The notes under the pieces were generated by a model. The model did not search any database and was not told the DNA's origin. It saw only the letters and a program-made list of their open reading frames with translations. A program made the position numbers and the translations under genes. DNA of 63,979 nt, counting the filler, from Choristocarpus tenellus KU-1152 (Eukaryota > Protista > Phaeophyceae), in the NCBI GenBank assembly GCA_964200185.2. It is 8 parts of 8 records of this genome, joined end to end, with 100 filler letters (N's around TTAATTAATTAA, not from the genome) between each part and the next. Parts side by side here need not be neighbours in the genome. Positions count along the whole stretch, not along the records: positions 16,782 to 41,112 come from CAXNAD020000218.1; positions 41,213 to 44,119 come from CAXNAD020023745.1; 6 more parts are not named here. One strand, 5' to 3'. Below, piece after piece: positions 29,001 through 43,543 of the stretch; position 1 is the stretch's first letter, and each line of letters opens with the position of its first letter.

Positions 29001-32000
29001 ACACTGGGGTTTGGGGAAATATCATCCTCACCACAGAAATTCCTACCAATCATGTAGAGTTCTCACTTGATGCTCATTGATGATAATTGTCCCAGGCTCA
29101 TATGTTGACAAGGATTCAGGCTTGGGTTCGAACTATACAGTCAGTAAGAAGATGGACTGAGATAAAGCACAAGGTAAGAGCTCTTTCGATCATCACTGTG
29201 CTTGTTGGGACCCTTGGTCTGCCTGCTATATAATAATATAGATATGCAGAAGGCTTAGCATTCCACAACAACATTTGCTGTCCACACCTGCAAATATTAT
29301 TATATCTCAAACACTCTGGAGCATGTTACAGCTTTGAGATGATACGAATAACAATCACTCCCACAACTCAACAATAGATTGCACGTGCTACCCAAGTTGG
29401 TCAACTGGCCATCAGAAGAAACCAGCGGAGATTGATGCAATTTGTTCTGGAAGGGTGGAAGGCTATCATCAGAGAGAAAAAGGCAATCCAAATTCAATGC
29501 ACTTTCAGGTTAGGCAACCCCCTCTTATCCCTTGTTACCCACTGTCCCTGGATTGGCTGACATTTCCAGGTCAAACAGGATCATATCGTTATCATATTTC
29601 TATGTAGTATCATTGTATCGTATGATAATTTTTTACACATAAGATATGTCAGTTTCCTACTTCAATGCTTAATATCAAAACTGAAATGTGTGGGTGAGTG
29701 ATGGTTCTCTGTTGGTATTTGAGAAATGATGTGCAAAGTAAATTAAATTATTTCTTTTGAAGTGTATACTACGGGCTGCTTGCTTACAGTATGGGCCAAT
29801 TAACATCTTCAGATGTAAGTTATGTCCAAGATCCGATTAGGTCAAAAGCAATGTACAACCCCCGTGCACCAGAACACTGTTAATCAATTACACCTAATCA
29901 TTTCTCGTTTCAACTCTGCTAAACAGATCATATCAGGCAAGACAACGTGTCAATCAACAGCGCAACAAGATTGCCAAAGTTGACATGTCGTACAAAAGGG
30001 TGATACGTCCCATGCAAAGACGTTGCTTTATTGCTTTGGCCAGAAATTCCAATGCAATGAGGAGAATCAAGCATGCAGCTGCAGTGAACCTTCAGTGTGC
30101 ATGGAGGTATGACTTTTCTTATACATGTATATATGCAAGTGACGGTTCCAAATGTTTTATTCAGGGTACGTAATTGTCAACAAGATTTTTTCCACTGTTG
30201 GTCTTTGAGTCTGCTCCGGCATGGTGGCAACATTCCAAGAAGAAGGGAGAGGCTTTTAAAAGTCTACTTGAAGTAGTTGTTGGCACATCCTTCAAAATTG
30301 AACCATAAGAGTTTAGTATTGTTGTGGCTAGTGCTATGTACCAGAGATCTTCTCCAAAGCCAAGGACTTGGATTCTCACAAATGTTTGGCCCTGGACGAT
30401 ACAAATACTGGTGACTGGGGTGGGGTCTCCTTTTCACAATTTACATCAATACAGAATAATTATGAAGTAATCAGAATATATATTGTAATCTGAGGTCAAT
30501 TAGAAACCTGAGGTCATTTAAATTGCCATGCCATCTTGGTGGCAGCGATACAAGTGAGGGTTGGATAATGGCCTTCCCAGCAAGTTTCGGTTCATTGCAC
30601 TCATCTGAAATCAGAATCGTTGCATAATACCAATCCCAGAGGTTTCTTGGACCAAGCAATAGTTGATACATACTGACATTGAGCATTTTCTCAAATATAT
30701 ATATATATATATTTATTGTTTTTTTGGTTGCATCATACCTAGCATTAGTTGGGATGATCCTGATCTGTGGTCAGTGGCACTGCACACTGCACTACTACTC
30801 ATGGTAACTACTGACTAATTGTTGCACTATGACTAATTGTGCTGTGTTCCCTCCATTCCTCTCTTACTTCTCGTGTGTTGGGTGCAGCAATCTCACCACT
30901 GGTCGCTCTGCCTCCTCTTGTGAATCTTTTTCTGAACCCACTCCGAATTTTCCACCTTGATCTTGGTCCGGCTTCTTTTTTGTGGTATGGCATGGACAGA
31001 ATAGTACAAGCATTCAACCCATTGTGCTTGACATGTAGAACAGCATCATTGAAACCACATTTCCGTGAAAAGAATTCTAATGCCAAAGGGATTCAAACCC
31101 ATTAACTCCATGCAGGTAGCCACCGCCTTTACTACAAAGCCACAGGGACCCAAATTGGTAGGGTGTAACATTTAAAATATTGAGCTGCATCTACACCACC
31201 TAGAAAGAAGTTTCACGTCAGAAATTCACTTTGGTGGTACAGTGGTCAGTGGTATATCAATATCTTGAAACAATATGAGACCAGGCACTGCCTGACTTGG
31301 CCTATGTGTAAACACCCCACCAATCCCCGTATGCTCCCCACGGAGTAATTTCAATATTTTTGCCTCCCATTGAGCCTGTTTTCTGGACCCTGTCCATGAT
31401 ACCTTTATCCTCTCACTGCATAGAAGTGGTCCTTGATGGCCTTACAATTATAGCGAGTCGGGAAAATGAGGCAGCCAAGGTTGAAGCCCTCAATCTTTGA
31501 TATTGTGAAGATATCGAAATACCACTAAATCACTACACCATAAACTATAGTGTGACTAGCTATCTTGGTGGTACTGTATATTGCAGTATTTCAATAACTT
31601 CACAGTCAATAGTAGCCCTGAGATGTCCTACTGCTAACTGCTGTGTCTTGTTTTCCTATGGCTTCGCAGGCTATGTTGTACTAGTGAAGAAAGTGCTTTG
31701 GCTTCTAGTTTCTTCTGCTTGGTAGGGTTAACTCTCCATAGTTTGAAGACCCTCTACTACTTGGCTACACCATAGACATCTTATTTGAGACCCTGAGGCA
31801 AAGCTATGCAGTCTCCATGTCTGTATGTGAGTTGTGGCAACTGGAATAGTTGAACTCCCTGAACTGTAGGTGTCGCACCACTGAAACCAAGACAGCATGT
31901 CTTGGTATACAGTTCATGTATTGTCCTCAGCAGGTAGATGAGGTCTATCGCCATGAATTTACTGCAGCTCTCAGATGTCACTTGAGGGGCACATTCCATA

Positions 32001-35000
32001 CCCCACAAAGGAACAAAATTGGAAGGCCTGGGAGTCCCAGCAAAGAATTGAAGCGCCCTAGAGTACCCTGGAGTGCAGTTTGAAGTCCTAGAGTGGGTCC
32101 AGAGCCTCTGCATCAGAGCAATTGGAAATACTCCATATCTGGCCTATGCAGTCTCATTGAAGTTGTTTATATGACATGCCCACAAACATGTAGTTGACTG
32201 CAGGTCAAGTGTGCTAAAATTCAAAATAATAAAGAAATGGACAAGTTTTCACAACATGGCTAGTGCATAGTGAAAAGATAACTACCCATACCTAGTGAGG
32301 GCTTTCAAAGTGTAAACTCAGTTCAGACAGTGTGTTGTAGCAATCCAATCAGTGGCGATGGAAATACCTTAAAACTGGAGTTCTTGCGGTCTGAAATGCT
32401 GTGTTAGGATTGTCAGCAGAATTTGCTATAGTAGTGAATTACCGTTAAAAGGGGAATATCTGGTGGGAATTGGAGTTTCTTCATGTCAATGTATCGCCAA
32501 GGCTTCCCCTTAGCCTGTCATGAAGTGTTGCTGAACACCCAGCTTTTCATGGCAGTAAGTCTCTGTTCAGTTTTGCATCATTTTAGTTTCCTCCTTGGCC
32601 ACCAGTTCACCTTCTAACATTTCCTTCCCTCTTTAAACTTTCTTATGAGTCTGTAAGATGCCTGACTTGGTGTCTAGAAAACAAGTCCAGGCTATCCTCA
32701 AGGTCTGGTTCAAAATGCAATGAAGCAAGTTTTTTTCTTATCCATGTCTCATCATTATTCTAGATAATTTCAAGTACTTACAAGCATTTTATTTTCAAGA
32801 GAGATTTCACTATTAACAGAAAACAAAAACATTGCAAACATGAAAGCCACAGTCTAAGTAGTGCAATCTGTCTCACATAAAAGTAAACTGTATTGTAACA
32901 GGTGCCACATGGCTAGGGCAAAGTTTCATTGGACTAGTGTCAAATTTCTTCAATTGGAGAGGGTCGCCCTTGAAGTCATGACTCTCGTGAACAGACATCT
33001 CTTGCAGCAATATGTGAATTATTGGAGGGACGAGCTCATTTGCCAAACGGCTGCGGTGAGAATTCAGACCGTCATCCGAGGGAAATTGGCCAAGATTATA
33101 GCAGGGAAGCTCCGGGCAAGGATGGAAAGATTCAAGACAATCACAGAGGTCATTTCATTAGTGTGAGTTGATGAGCGTTATGCATGGTTGAGCTCGGGAT
33201 AAAGCATCATACCCTGTACAATTTGGCAATACTCTCAAAAAAATAACAGCTCAAACAAAGTTGGAGATGTCTACTGTAAGCTCAAGCAACAAGATTGATG
33301 TGAAAAAATGACAATGGACTTCCTTGCTCTACTGCAGGTATAAGGACTTGCTGTGCAAATGTGTGATTCAGGAATGGGCTCAATTTGTTGTCAAGAATAG
33401 AGCCTGCGCCCTTTTCACCGCCATATATCGAGGTGTCTGTGCTAGGAGAGTCTTCACACACCGAGTCAAACTCTTCCGTTTGAAGCAGGTACATTTGACG
33501 TTGGATGGAATATCACTTTGACTAATACCAGAATACCTTGTACTTGATACTATATAATGGTGTTCCTGATAAACCAGTGCACTAGTTTATTTGAATCTTC
33601 ACTATGTTGTATGAATATCATTTCCTGCTGAAAGGAAGGATTCCCTAGGTGAGTCCAGCAGATGCTTCCAACTACTCCGAAGTACTTTAATCTGAATACA
33701 TCCTGAGAATTATATTAGGTTCAATCTTTACAAGTACACAAATTGTTCAGCACTTCACTGTTTCAAATACTCCAGTAGTTTAAATCATTCCAACAAGATG
33801 GAAGAATTCAATACTTCTAGATATTTCAAACAATCGAAGTACCTTCAGGTTCCTTGAGTGGTTCCACTTGTAACAATCAAATTAGTCCTATGTGCTCCAA
33901 AAAAGTTCAATGCCTTTCAACAATTTTAAATTGTGAAGGTCTTTCCAACCTTTTTGAATAGCTTAACACTTCTAAGTTTTGAAGCAGTTTACACGGTTTC
34001 AACCAACTGCCTTTCATACAGTTTAATGCTCCAAAGTACTCCAAAAAATTGAAGTACTTCCAACTAGGTGGTCCAGGTACTCCCACACATGGCGTAAAAC
34101 TTAAGTCACTTTCCTTACCATGGAAATTCCTTAGACTCAAGGAGTGTGAATGAGTGTGCATTCACTGCCTTCAGACACCAGTGTTCCGGCTTGGGCCATG
34201 CTGTAACGTACCCTCTAGGAAGTATTATCAAAAGTGCTCATCAGAAGAAGACAAGGTCTCCTCAAACTGGCAATGAAGGCTTGGGAGGACCATTCTTCAC
34301 TTTGGGAAGCTGCTCAAATAGTACAGGGGCTTGCAAGGGGATGGTTGGTTAGGTGAGTCCTAACTTGCAGTGCATGTCCTTTGTTTACGTATAATTGAAT
34401 TGATTGCTACTTTCAATTACTATTTTGTGGAAAGAGATACAACAAAGTAGTAGTGTAGGCAAAGTGTACAATTTGCATGCAAAGGGCTTGTGCTGTGAAT
34501 AGTTGCATTGATGGTTCGAACCCTTGCTCAAATTATCGTTGAATACGCTCTTGTCAGGCAAAGAATGAAAGGGGTGAGGAGAACAGCCCAGAGTATGGCA
34601 ACAGAGGCAGTTTTTCAAGGGTGTGTGTGCTATGCCCGAATTAGGATGTCATGCAGAGCTGTTCAGAACGTTTGGCGGGCTGCCCTTGACAGGAAAGAGG
34701 TCAACTATGTAAGTACGTACAAATGTCAGATCTGCACCTCACTTATGGCTGTTTTGAAATGTTTCAAAAGAGCTCCAGCATGATTCCGTGGCCGCTCAAC
34801 ATTCTGCTCTTGAGGAGTGACAAATGTTGTACTTATGGACATCCTGACCCTCTACTTCCTGTCAAGCTGACTCCTTGTGGCAAATCGAATTTCAGCTTAT
34901 GCTGAGCAATCTGTCTCCGCTAGCACTTATATTCTGAAATGGTGTGATCTTGTCCTCCCAGGTTGTCAATAGAACACACCTAGTGAGTGAGTTGGAGGAG

Positions 35001-38000
35001 CTATTGAGGGTTGGCAGGAGAATGCGCTGCTTTGCCAACACATTCAACACATGGTTAGAATCCAAGGTTGCAGTACAAAAGGCTGTGGTGGTTATCCAGG
35101 CTCAATTCAGGGGTTATCAGGGCAGGTACTGCACAGAATATGGAAACAGTAGTATTTGTCATTTTGTTACTGTTTTTCTTCAGCTAGCTTGGGGACTACT
35201 CCAACCCACAAGCAAAGATCTAGACACTATCTCGCTTCTCATGCGACTCCTGTAACTGACTACTATTGCACTACAACTAGTTGTACTGCCTCCAATTGAT
35301 TTTTTCTTCTTATGCGTTGGGTTTAGTCATCCTACTGATCACTGCCTTCCCTCCTTCCTCAAATCTATTGCTGGATCTACCTCACTGTTGCTCCACAAAG
35401 CCACCTTGTTTGGGTCTCCAGCGCTTTTGTGATGTAGCAACATGTAGGATAGTACTGGTGTGTGCAATCTGTAGTGCCTGCTAGGTAGACTTTGGATAAT
35501 CAAAACAAGATTTCCATGAATAGTAGTCTGGTGTCAATGAGGTTTGAACCCACAAAATTTGTTCAGAAAGTGTCTATGAACTCTGTAACTCAAATTGCAA
35601 ACTACTTCAAGTGCTACACATTGTGCTGGATTGGCATTCAGATCTTCTTCATCTAGTCATCTTCACATCTGTTTGTCCTCATATGGTGTAGGCATAGGTA
35701 ATTCTATAAACGTTGCAAGCATACCCTAAGCCTTGGTAATGGCAGCCTGTATATGTTCCATAGGTGGGGGAAATGAGGTTAGTTGGGCCCTATCAAGACT
35801 ACACTTACTCCAACTCATCAAGTCTGACGATGAGATAGTTTAGCCCATTGAAACTTAGTGCGGAAAGCAAGGAAAGTCAAGTAGCACTAAGTGATCTTTC
35901 ACTTGGTTGCATCATTGAAGGATTGCATGGAATGTACTAATATCGCATATCAAATCCAACCTACAAAATGGTCAACACTTATAATACATTAGACTTGATC
36001 ATCCCTGTGCCTGTGTGCCAGGCTCAAGTCAAGAGCTGTTAGGGAAGTCAAACTAAGGCAGGAGTCCCTTGTAGCTACGCTCAGAGAGAGCATCAAGAGA
36101 CGATGCATGATGAGGTAAAGTAGTGTGTCTTGATTCATTCCTTTTCCACCAATCCGTTAAACTCATGATGTGGGAGCTTCTGCTGTAGGTTGCCTCCATG
36201 CTCTACAACCACTCTTTTTCAATGCACTAGATGAAATTGGACAGTCCTTACCACAATGAACACGTCCTCTCCACATCGCAAAAGCCCATTTTGTTTTGTC
36301 AGGGCTTCTCACTTAACTGGACTTCTGACGCACAACATTGGCTGGCATATGCAAACCATGTGCCCTACACATAGAATGGATATCAAACTCCCTCGCCTTA
36401 ACCTGTTGGGGGCTTTATCCACCTTCCACGGTAAATATGAAACATTTCTCACAGTCCCCTGATGTAGAGTCTAGAAGATTGATTTTCTCATCACATATTA
36501 CCACATTGTGAACCCATGAACAAAGGTGCTTTTGTGCTATGGAGGCATCTGTCGTTGAGGCATATGGGTATAGACTCAAGGATTTTGCAGCAGGTCAGGA
36601 GCCTGCACATATCTATCAGGTCAATTGAACCAGGAATGCTATATATTTGCTATATATTATGCTTGACAGTGGGATATGGAGTGTGACCGCCCTTAATACT
36701 GAAACACTGGTTAAGAGTTGGGCTTGTCCCCTACGCTGAAATGCTGCTATGAGCACTTTGGCAGGTTGCCAACATGTTTTGCTGCAGCTCCAAATGCTCA
36801 AATAATATTGAAATATCATTCCCATGCCATGTGTTATTTGGTGAGCCTTTACAACACCTACTCTCCCACTCTGCCCTCTTGAATACTTGCTGAGAAGCTG
36901 CCATGGCTTCAGCTTCTGAAGGGAAAGACTCATGCGGGGATGGGAAGAATAGTTCAAATAATAGCTTTGTATCCACACTCAGGGAAATGGTCTCATCCTC
37001 CTCTTCAGGACCAGAAAGTGTTGAAACTCATGGCCAAGATTGCTCTCTTCCAGCCCAGACTACTTCGATGCAAGAAGGTGGCATGTGCAGGGACAACAAA
37101 GAAAACGGAAGAAAGAGCCAGTCGTCACATTGTTGTGAGAAGGTGCACTTGATGCCAATTGATTCAAATGATGGAAGCAGTCAAGGAGAGTCACCCACGC
37201 ACAGCAATTGGAATGGAAATTGTTTGAGACTAAAAAGGTGTAGCAAATCAAATCAGTTCGAACATCTTCCACGCAACAAGAATTTGGAGGGATCATTACA
37301 ATCACATTATGATCACGTGGCAAATATTGGGTCTCTTGTGTGGAACACAGGATGGCCACTCAATGAGGTGAGTTAAACAAGAGAGTATGTGAATTTGCTT
37401 GTGCTCTCAAATTGAGGAGTGATAACTAAACGCTGTACGGAGTTCCTCCTGATATTAATCTACAGTGGATAGCACTGCTGAGCTGACATGCTGCTGAAAA
37501 ACATATAATAGTATTCAAATAAAACTCTCCCCGGTGCCAGTCTTTTCAAAAACGACAGAAAGATACTTGGATTGCCATATTTCTAACCCTCTGCCATCCT
37601 CCTCTTGTCAGCGTTCAAGTGATTTCCTTTCCAAGAGCTTCTTCAAGGCCCTTGATGAGGTATGATGTGCAGTTGTCTGGGTGAGAAGGTTACATTGTGG
37701 TTGTTGGATGAGTATTCAAAGCGATCAAATAGGTTTGGGGACTTTTTTTCGGTGTTGTCTAAATTTCTATGGCAAGTACAGAAACTCACGTTTAGTCTAT
37801 AAAAATGTAGAAGATTAGGGATTGTAAGACTGGGTTACTCTCATGTTGTTCAGACCATTTTACTCAGAATACATACAAGCTTAATAGAGGATCATATAAT
37901 GTTTCAAAGCAGACATAGTTCTCAGAAGCTGGATCTTGACAGAAAGATGATGTTGATGAACAGAATCCCCTCCCCTTGTGATTCAAACTTGCTTGCTGTA

Positions 38001-40650
38001 GGTGTGTGACTGAAATCTTTTTTCTACCGAGTGAATAGAGTAGTTGGTGTGTAGTTAAGATCACATCTAGTTCATTGAGACCTACTGTAGCATTATGTCA
38101 CAAAAAAATAGTGCCTTCTGTCCTGACCTCCATGAGACATGTTCCAAGGTGGACGTTAAGTAGGTCTAGAGAATAGGATACAGAATTAAAGTAAGATGCC
38201 CTATACCTGTATCTGAAAAGTATCAAACATGTTTGTCTTATCAATAGCTGCAAGTATAACTGTTAACCGGTGTCTATCAACACCTAGGTGCCACATTTTG
38301 TTGCGTTGTGTCCCTGAACGCTTGGTGTTTACTTGCTTAGGGACACTCTATTTGTCCACTTACAGAACTTTTACATTTCCTTCATCCTAGCATACAAGGT
38401 ACAAGGTAGTGTCTTGGATCACAATCAGCATATACTCAGGTGATGAGAGCAGATTGTTTTGCATCAGATCTTGAGTAGTTCAAGAGGTGGCACAAGAAAG
38501 TCAAAGCGTTCGAATACGGATTTTTCAACAGAAGCTATGTTCTATTACACTTTCTCCATCTCCAGATTCGTCACACAGGTCTTCTTCGATGGAGTCCTCA
38601 TGATCTCTCCAAACCAGAGCTAGCAACTCTCTCTCAGTCAGCAAATGCTATCATCATGGATCCTTCTCCCACCAGTGAGATAAGGGAGCTTGTGGCACAC
38701 CTTCAGTCACCAGCTCTGGCAATGAACGATATCACACCAGGCTTTGGACATTCAACAGGCGATGGAGTCTCCTTGGCACCCAGTCGGCCTGGTGGTGGAC
38801 TGGCTGTTATCCTTTGCAATGGGCAAGAAAGAGATTTCGAACTGGTCGGAGCAGAGGCTGTCTCTGAACTGCTGCAATTGGCGCATAGTATTGGTCTCAC
38901 CAAGTTATCACTAGTTGGGTGCTCCCTTGGCAATTCAGGGGCATTTGCAATTGCAAAGGCCTTGTGCTGCATGTCAACCTCTCATGTTGAGAGTGGTTTC
39001 AATGTTGAATGTGAAAACCTTGAGAGGAGTCACATTACAGGAACAGGACAACTGCGTGAGATTTGTCTCGAAAGATGCAACATCCACAATGCTGGCGCCT
39101 TTGCCATTGCACTGGCCCTGAGTGGTAGGGTGGTGAGTTCAAGTAGAGGTAAGATGATCGTAGATACATAGAACAAGGTATAAGACATGCCATTTCCCAG
39201 TGGTTGGGAAAACCAGGTGACTCAACCCATGATTTTCACTACGTTGTTAAGTCTAGAATTTTATCTCTCTTGTACAAGGCGCTAGGTCCTTGCGCAAGCT
39301 CGTGCTATCAGGGAATGGGATTGGAGGGATGCAATCCTGTGCTCGTGCATTGCGGGACCTCATAACACTCAGGAATGGCTCCTTGGAGGTAAGAGATGTA
39401 AGAAAAACGAGCGTCGGTTAAAAAAAAGAAGTGCAGGGGGTCCCTTTTATGGCGTCAATCATTTTCATCTAGACAGGTCATTCAACGGGCAACAGATGGT
39501 TCCCAAGGCCTGCTGATTAAAGTGACCACAGCTGATGCACTTCCACCAAAGTGTTACACAACATTTTTTTGGACTGCAAATCATTGATACACCCTGGAGA
39601 CACACACCACCACATCTATAGTTTGCCTCCTTGAAGTTGAAGGGGTTCCTTGGCAGAAGAGTGTAAAAGTTCATTGATACTAGATCATCACTAGATAAGT
39701 AGCCTAATTTCATAACAATGATGGACATACAACACTGACAAATAAGTTGCTGTTGACAGGGCAAAGCCCAATCCTGAACAATACAAATTGCACTCCGAAG
39801 TGCAAAAAATATCGTAGTACTCCAAAGTACCACATAGAATACCATGTTGAAAAATATCACTTTGCCCACACAATAGTAGAAGATAAATGCTTGAGGTGTT
39901 GATGACAAGAGCACTTGTCTCATTGCACCCTTGGCAGGTCCTTGACCTATCTCATTGTAGAATGACAGATCGTGACATTGCTTCCATATGCAAGGGAATC
40001 AGAAGCTCACGGTGTCGTCTCTCAAGGCTCAATTTGAGTTGTAACGGTTTGATTTGCGACATTGGAGCCAGAGGTGCGCACGTACCTTGATGTCACGACA
40101 ACTGAAGAACCATACTGCCAGCTTTGGTGATGTTACGGTTCATTTTCTTCGTCTTAGGCCATGGTCCATGTACACTCTTTTGAATGATAAATCATAATGA
40201 GGCAGAGGAATACTTACATTGCCATTGCAATGGCCAAGCTGTTAGTCAGACCCTTCAATGCCTACTTCCAAAGCATTTCTATCAATATCTATTTATGATG
40301 CCAAGTGTGACACCAAGTTGTAAAAGATGGCACTCTCTCTGTCCTCAGATATTGTGGAAGCTCTGCATACACGAGACCATCTCAATGGTCTGCCACGCTT
40401 ACCACTACTTGAGGTATTGGAGGATATGTCTGGTGTTAAGAAAGCTCCATATCTTCAAAAGATGTCCAATCCTTCATTAATATATGGCTATTGCAAATCT
40501 AAAACACATGGGTATTAGGCTGAGGTAAGTTTCTGTCCATAACCGTCTTCACAGGTGGATATATATGCATGCTCACTGCATTCCTGGGGTCGTGAGATCC
40601 TTGCTGTTACTGCTTGTCACAAGTCTGTAACTAACTTCACGGAGGGATAA
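23097..40650 (+). CDS. Large multi-exon protein: N-terminal TPR-like helices, ~9 IQ-like motifs interleaved with Sfi1-like W repeats, low-complexity linker, C-terminal RNI-like LRRs
   Basis: About 20 GT-AG exons, e.g. ~23242, 23564, 25266, 25520, 26369, 26772, 27076, 28156, 28663, 29378, 29927, 32902, 33338, 34503, 34962, 36022, ~36900, 38566, 39279, 39938, 40349 and 40555-40650 (stop). IQ-like motifs: IQCFYRR, IQ|SAYR, IQRVYRG, IQCTFR, LQCAWR, IQTVIRG, FTAIYRG, VQNVWRA, IQAQFRG. LRR motifs: LTKLSLVGCSLGNSGAFAIAKAL, LREICLERCNIHNAGAFAIALAL, VLDLSHCRMTD, LSRLNLSCN. Start exon uncertain. Confidence 0.85.
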
Positions 40651-41539
40651 AAGTGCAGCAAACCCATACAAACACCATAGAATCAACTGGCATAAAGGAA
40701 GGGATGGATGCATTTGGCATGCTTATTCCACCAGCACTCGCCAGATGAGGACTGCCCTCCAGCAATAGGTTTATCTGTGAAAAATTGTAGGGGTTTCAAC
40801 AATGCAAGTGTTGGTCCCCCTGTAGTGTTCCTACCCTCCTCAGGGGGTGTTCCTCCTATGCATGCATCTGTACTCTGGCATGTGTGCTGCCAGTGTGCGA
40901 TGCAGCTGATACTTGGTAGGAAGGGTAGAACCCAACCAGCACACATTTATCATACCCATGTATTGGCTCAATTTCTATATCCAGAAGGATAAGCCTTTTG
41001 TGAGCACAATTTCCAACACTTTTTCATATAGAGGGCACTCCACTGAACCCTTATGATACCTGCCCTCCCCAGTAATGTACATTTTTCCACATGGAAGGTT
41101 ATTAATGATGTTNNNNNNNNNNNNNNNNNNNNNNNNNNNNNNNNNNNNNNNNNNNNTTAATTAATTAANNNNNNNNNNNNNNNNNNNNNNNNNNNNNNNN
41201 NNNNNNNNNNNNCTGTACTGCTGTATGGTAGCACGACTCAGGAAGAAAGGCACTTTTCGCGAAAAACAATTTACGCGCGCGCCAAACTCGCGTGAATATC
41301 TCAGGGATTTTGAGCCAAATCGCCCGAATACGAGAATTCCGATACAAAAGCCTATTTTTTTGAGCATGTCGAAAAAAGCGGTACAAAATTGCATATTTTT
41401 TGATTTGGTTCATAATATTTGGCCCAAAATAGGGGCACCTACTGTACACGACAACCTTCAAAAGCGCTTATCATACCCTTTCATTTGATATATATATTGT
41501 TGTATATCTGTTGCAGCGATACGGTGAAAATATTCAAGA

Positions 41540-43539
41540 TTGCCACAGAGGGCGAAGCTACAGCATTGGTAGCACCTTAGTCTTTAATGTGAACAAGTCA
41601 AAACTCTTTCCATGGGTTGATGAAAAAATAAGGGAAGGTCCACCTGCTGATGGGTCAACTTCAAAGAATTTTCTTCCCGCCAATAAATTTCTCCACCTGA
41701 TTGAAGTGCAGGTTGAACCATTGAGAAATATTAACTTTAACTCTGGAATTAACAACATATTGCAGAGAACAAAATCATAATCCTTCTCATTCTGTATACA
41801 ACGCGTAATCGTAAGTTTCCAACCATGGTAGCTCGAGGTTTCTGTCCTGTACTAATAGTCACAGACTTTCCACTAACAGGTCGTTGGTCTATCAAAGCAA
41901 TGGGGTCGTTGGTAGTCATACGGGCAGAACACTCGGTATCAAAATACCATGCATCATCCTACTGTTCAACGTTCTCATCCCTCACAGTTGAGAAACCTCC
42001 AAGCATCTTTGGCGGTTCATTATTTCCACCATCTGCCTTCCCCTGACCACGCCTCTTCCTCTGTGTAGTCACTGCACCACCATCTACAACTTGTTTGGCT
42101 GCCACCATAGCCACTGCACGTCCAGGACAATTTTTAGCTTTGTGTACCGATCCGCTACAAATGTAGCAGGTACCGGAAAATTTGCCTGTTACAGGAGGGG
42201 AAGAAACAGACGGACAAACAGACATGTAATACGGCCCACTGCACTTGAAACAATTTGCACCATGTTTACCATGAAGTCCAGCTGATGATGCAAAACCCGA
42301 TCCATGATTAAAAGTCAGGCTTCCAATAGACATAAGCGCTCCATTGTGGTTCCCAATACCACTCTCCACCAACCTCTTGTTCATCCGATATGATTCGCAA
42401 CCCCCCTTCTGTAGTTGCAACCTTGCCGTTCGACCCACATCGGAAATCTGACGTATTTCGATCATATATTCTGTAGCAAAACAGATATGAATGACTGTCC
42501 GCTGCTCTTCCTAGTCTGGTTCGCACCAGGACTCTACAACTTCTTCACCAGCTTTTCCATCTCTTGGATAATATCCGCGGGATCCCCCCCAATTAGTAGA
42601 CACAATTAGTGTAATTTTGTCCTCCAGATCGCTCTTTCTGTGATACCATCTCTTTCGAAACGGTCTCTCAGTGCCTGGAAAGCTTCGGACGGGCTGTTGT
42701 GTTTATTGACAATGTCAACTGCAATTCCTCCTACACTCATAACCAATCCAGCCAACTCCATGCTGGCTTCACGTACTTCTCTTTGTGCGTCCTCCTCGAC
42801 GCATTTCCTCCCTCTAGGCCTACCCTGATGTGGTTTTAAGTGAATAATGCATGCATCCATCCACCCATTGCAGCACAAGTTAGAAATCGTTTCTTGTACG
42901 AGGGAAACCCCTCCCCATCATCGCCACCATTGTACGTCACAAATTTTGAGGGAAGTGGGATGAGGCGTTGCAGGTCCACTCCCGCAGTCCGTCTTGAGGT
43001 CGCGATCCCGCTCGTCGCTAGATCCTCCTCATCATCGATGTCCTGTACTCCCACATCAACATCTTCAACCTCCACGTTCTCGTTACCGACAGCAGACGCC
43101 ATCGGGAGTCGTCTGACCCCTATCTACTACTAGCTTTCTTGAGATATCAGCACGCTTTAAAGTATGCTCGCTAGCATGTTAAAGAATATGTAGAATCCCA
43201 AGTCTTGATATTGAAATATGTAGATTAATTCCTTCTCAGTTATGTTATAGGAGATATAGAAAGTTGGTGTGAGATACATCTTTCAAGAAGGGAGTGATAA
43301 ACCTTTTACTCATCCCTGATCACCAATAACTTGTTACTCAATCTGTGTTACTTGCTACAACATTCCTTTTCTAGGATTCTTCTTGTTGTACTACAATAAA
43401 CCGAATAATATTCTCGTAGTCACCTGACAAAGACAGTACTATCAATGATCCTGTTATCCAACAATAGTTCAATAACTCAATGTTTCTCCTACACAGAATA
43501 ATAATCTCTTACACATGAATAAAAAGCATATTCTTAACA
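41540..43539 (-). mobile_element. Ty1/copia element, 5' part (LTR, PBS, gag, zinc knuckles, protease), pseudogenised and truncated
   Basis: gag starts at 43102 (MASAVGNENV...) with internal stops. It has two knuckles, CFKCSGPYYMSVC and CYICSGSVHKAKNC, a protease-like AWYFDTECSARMT near 41930, and an LLIPELK segment near 41750. Confidence 0.88.
43177..43539 (-). repeat. 5' LTR (363 bp) of the copia element
   Basis: Inverted termini TGTTAAAGAATATG ... CATATTCTTAACA. On the minus strand it is followed at once by TGCTAGCGAGCA (PBS position) and, ~75 bp later, by the gag ATG. Confidence 0.8.
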
Positions 43540-43543
43540 CAGC

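Noticed and set aside
30770-31260. Possible hAT 3'-end remnant in an intron (CAGTGG motifs, ALEFFSRKCG)
   Set aside because: Similarity too weak; no TIR pair or TSD.
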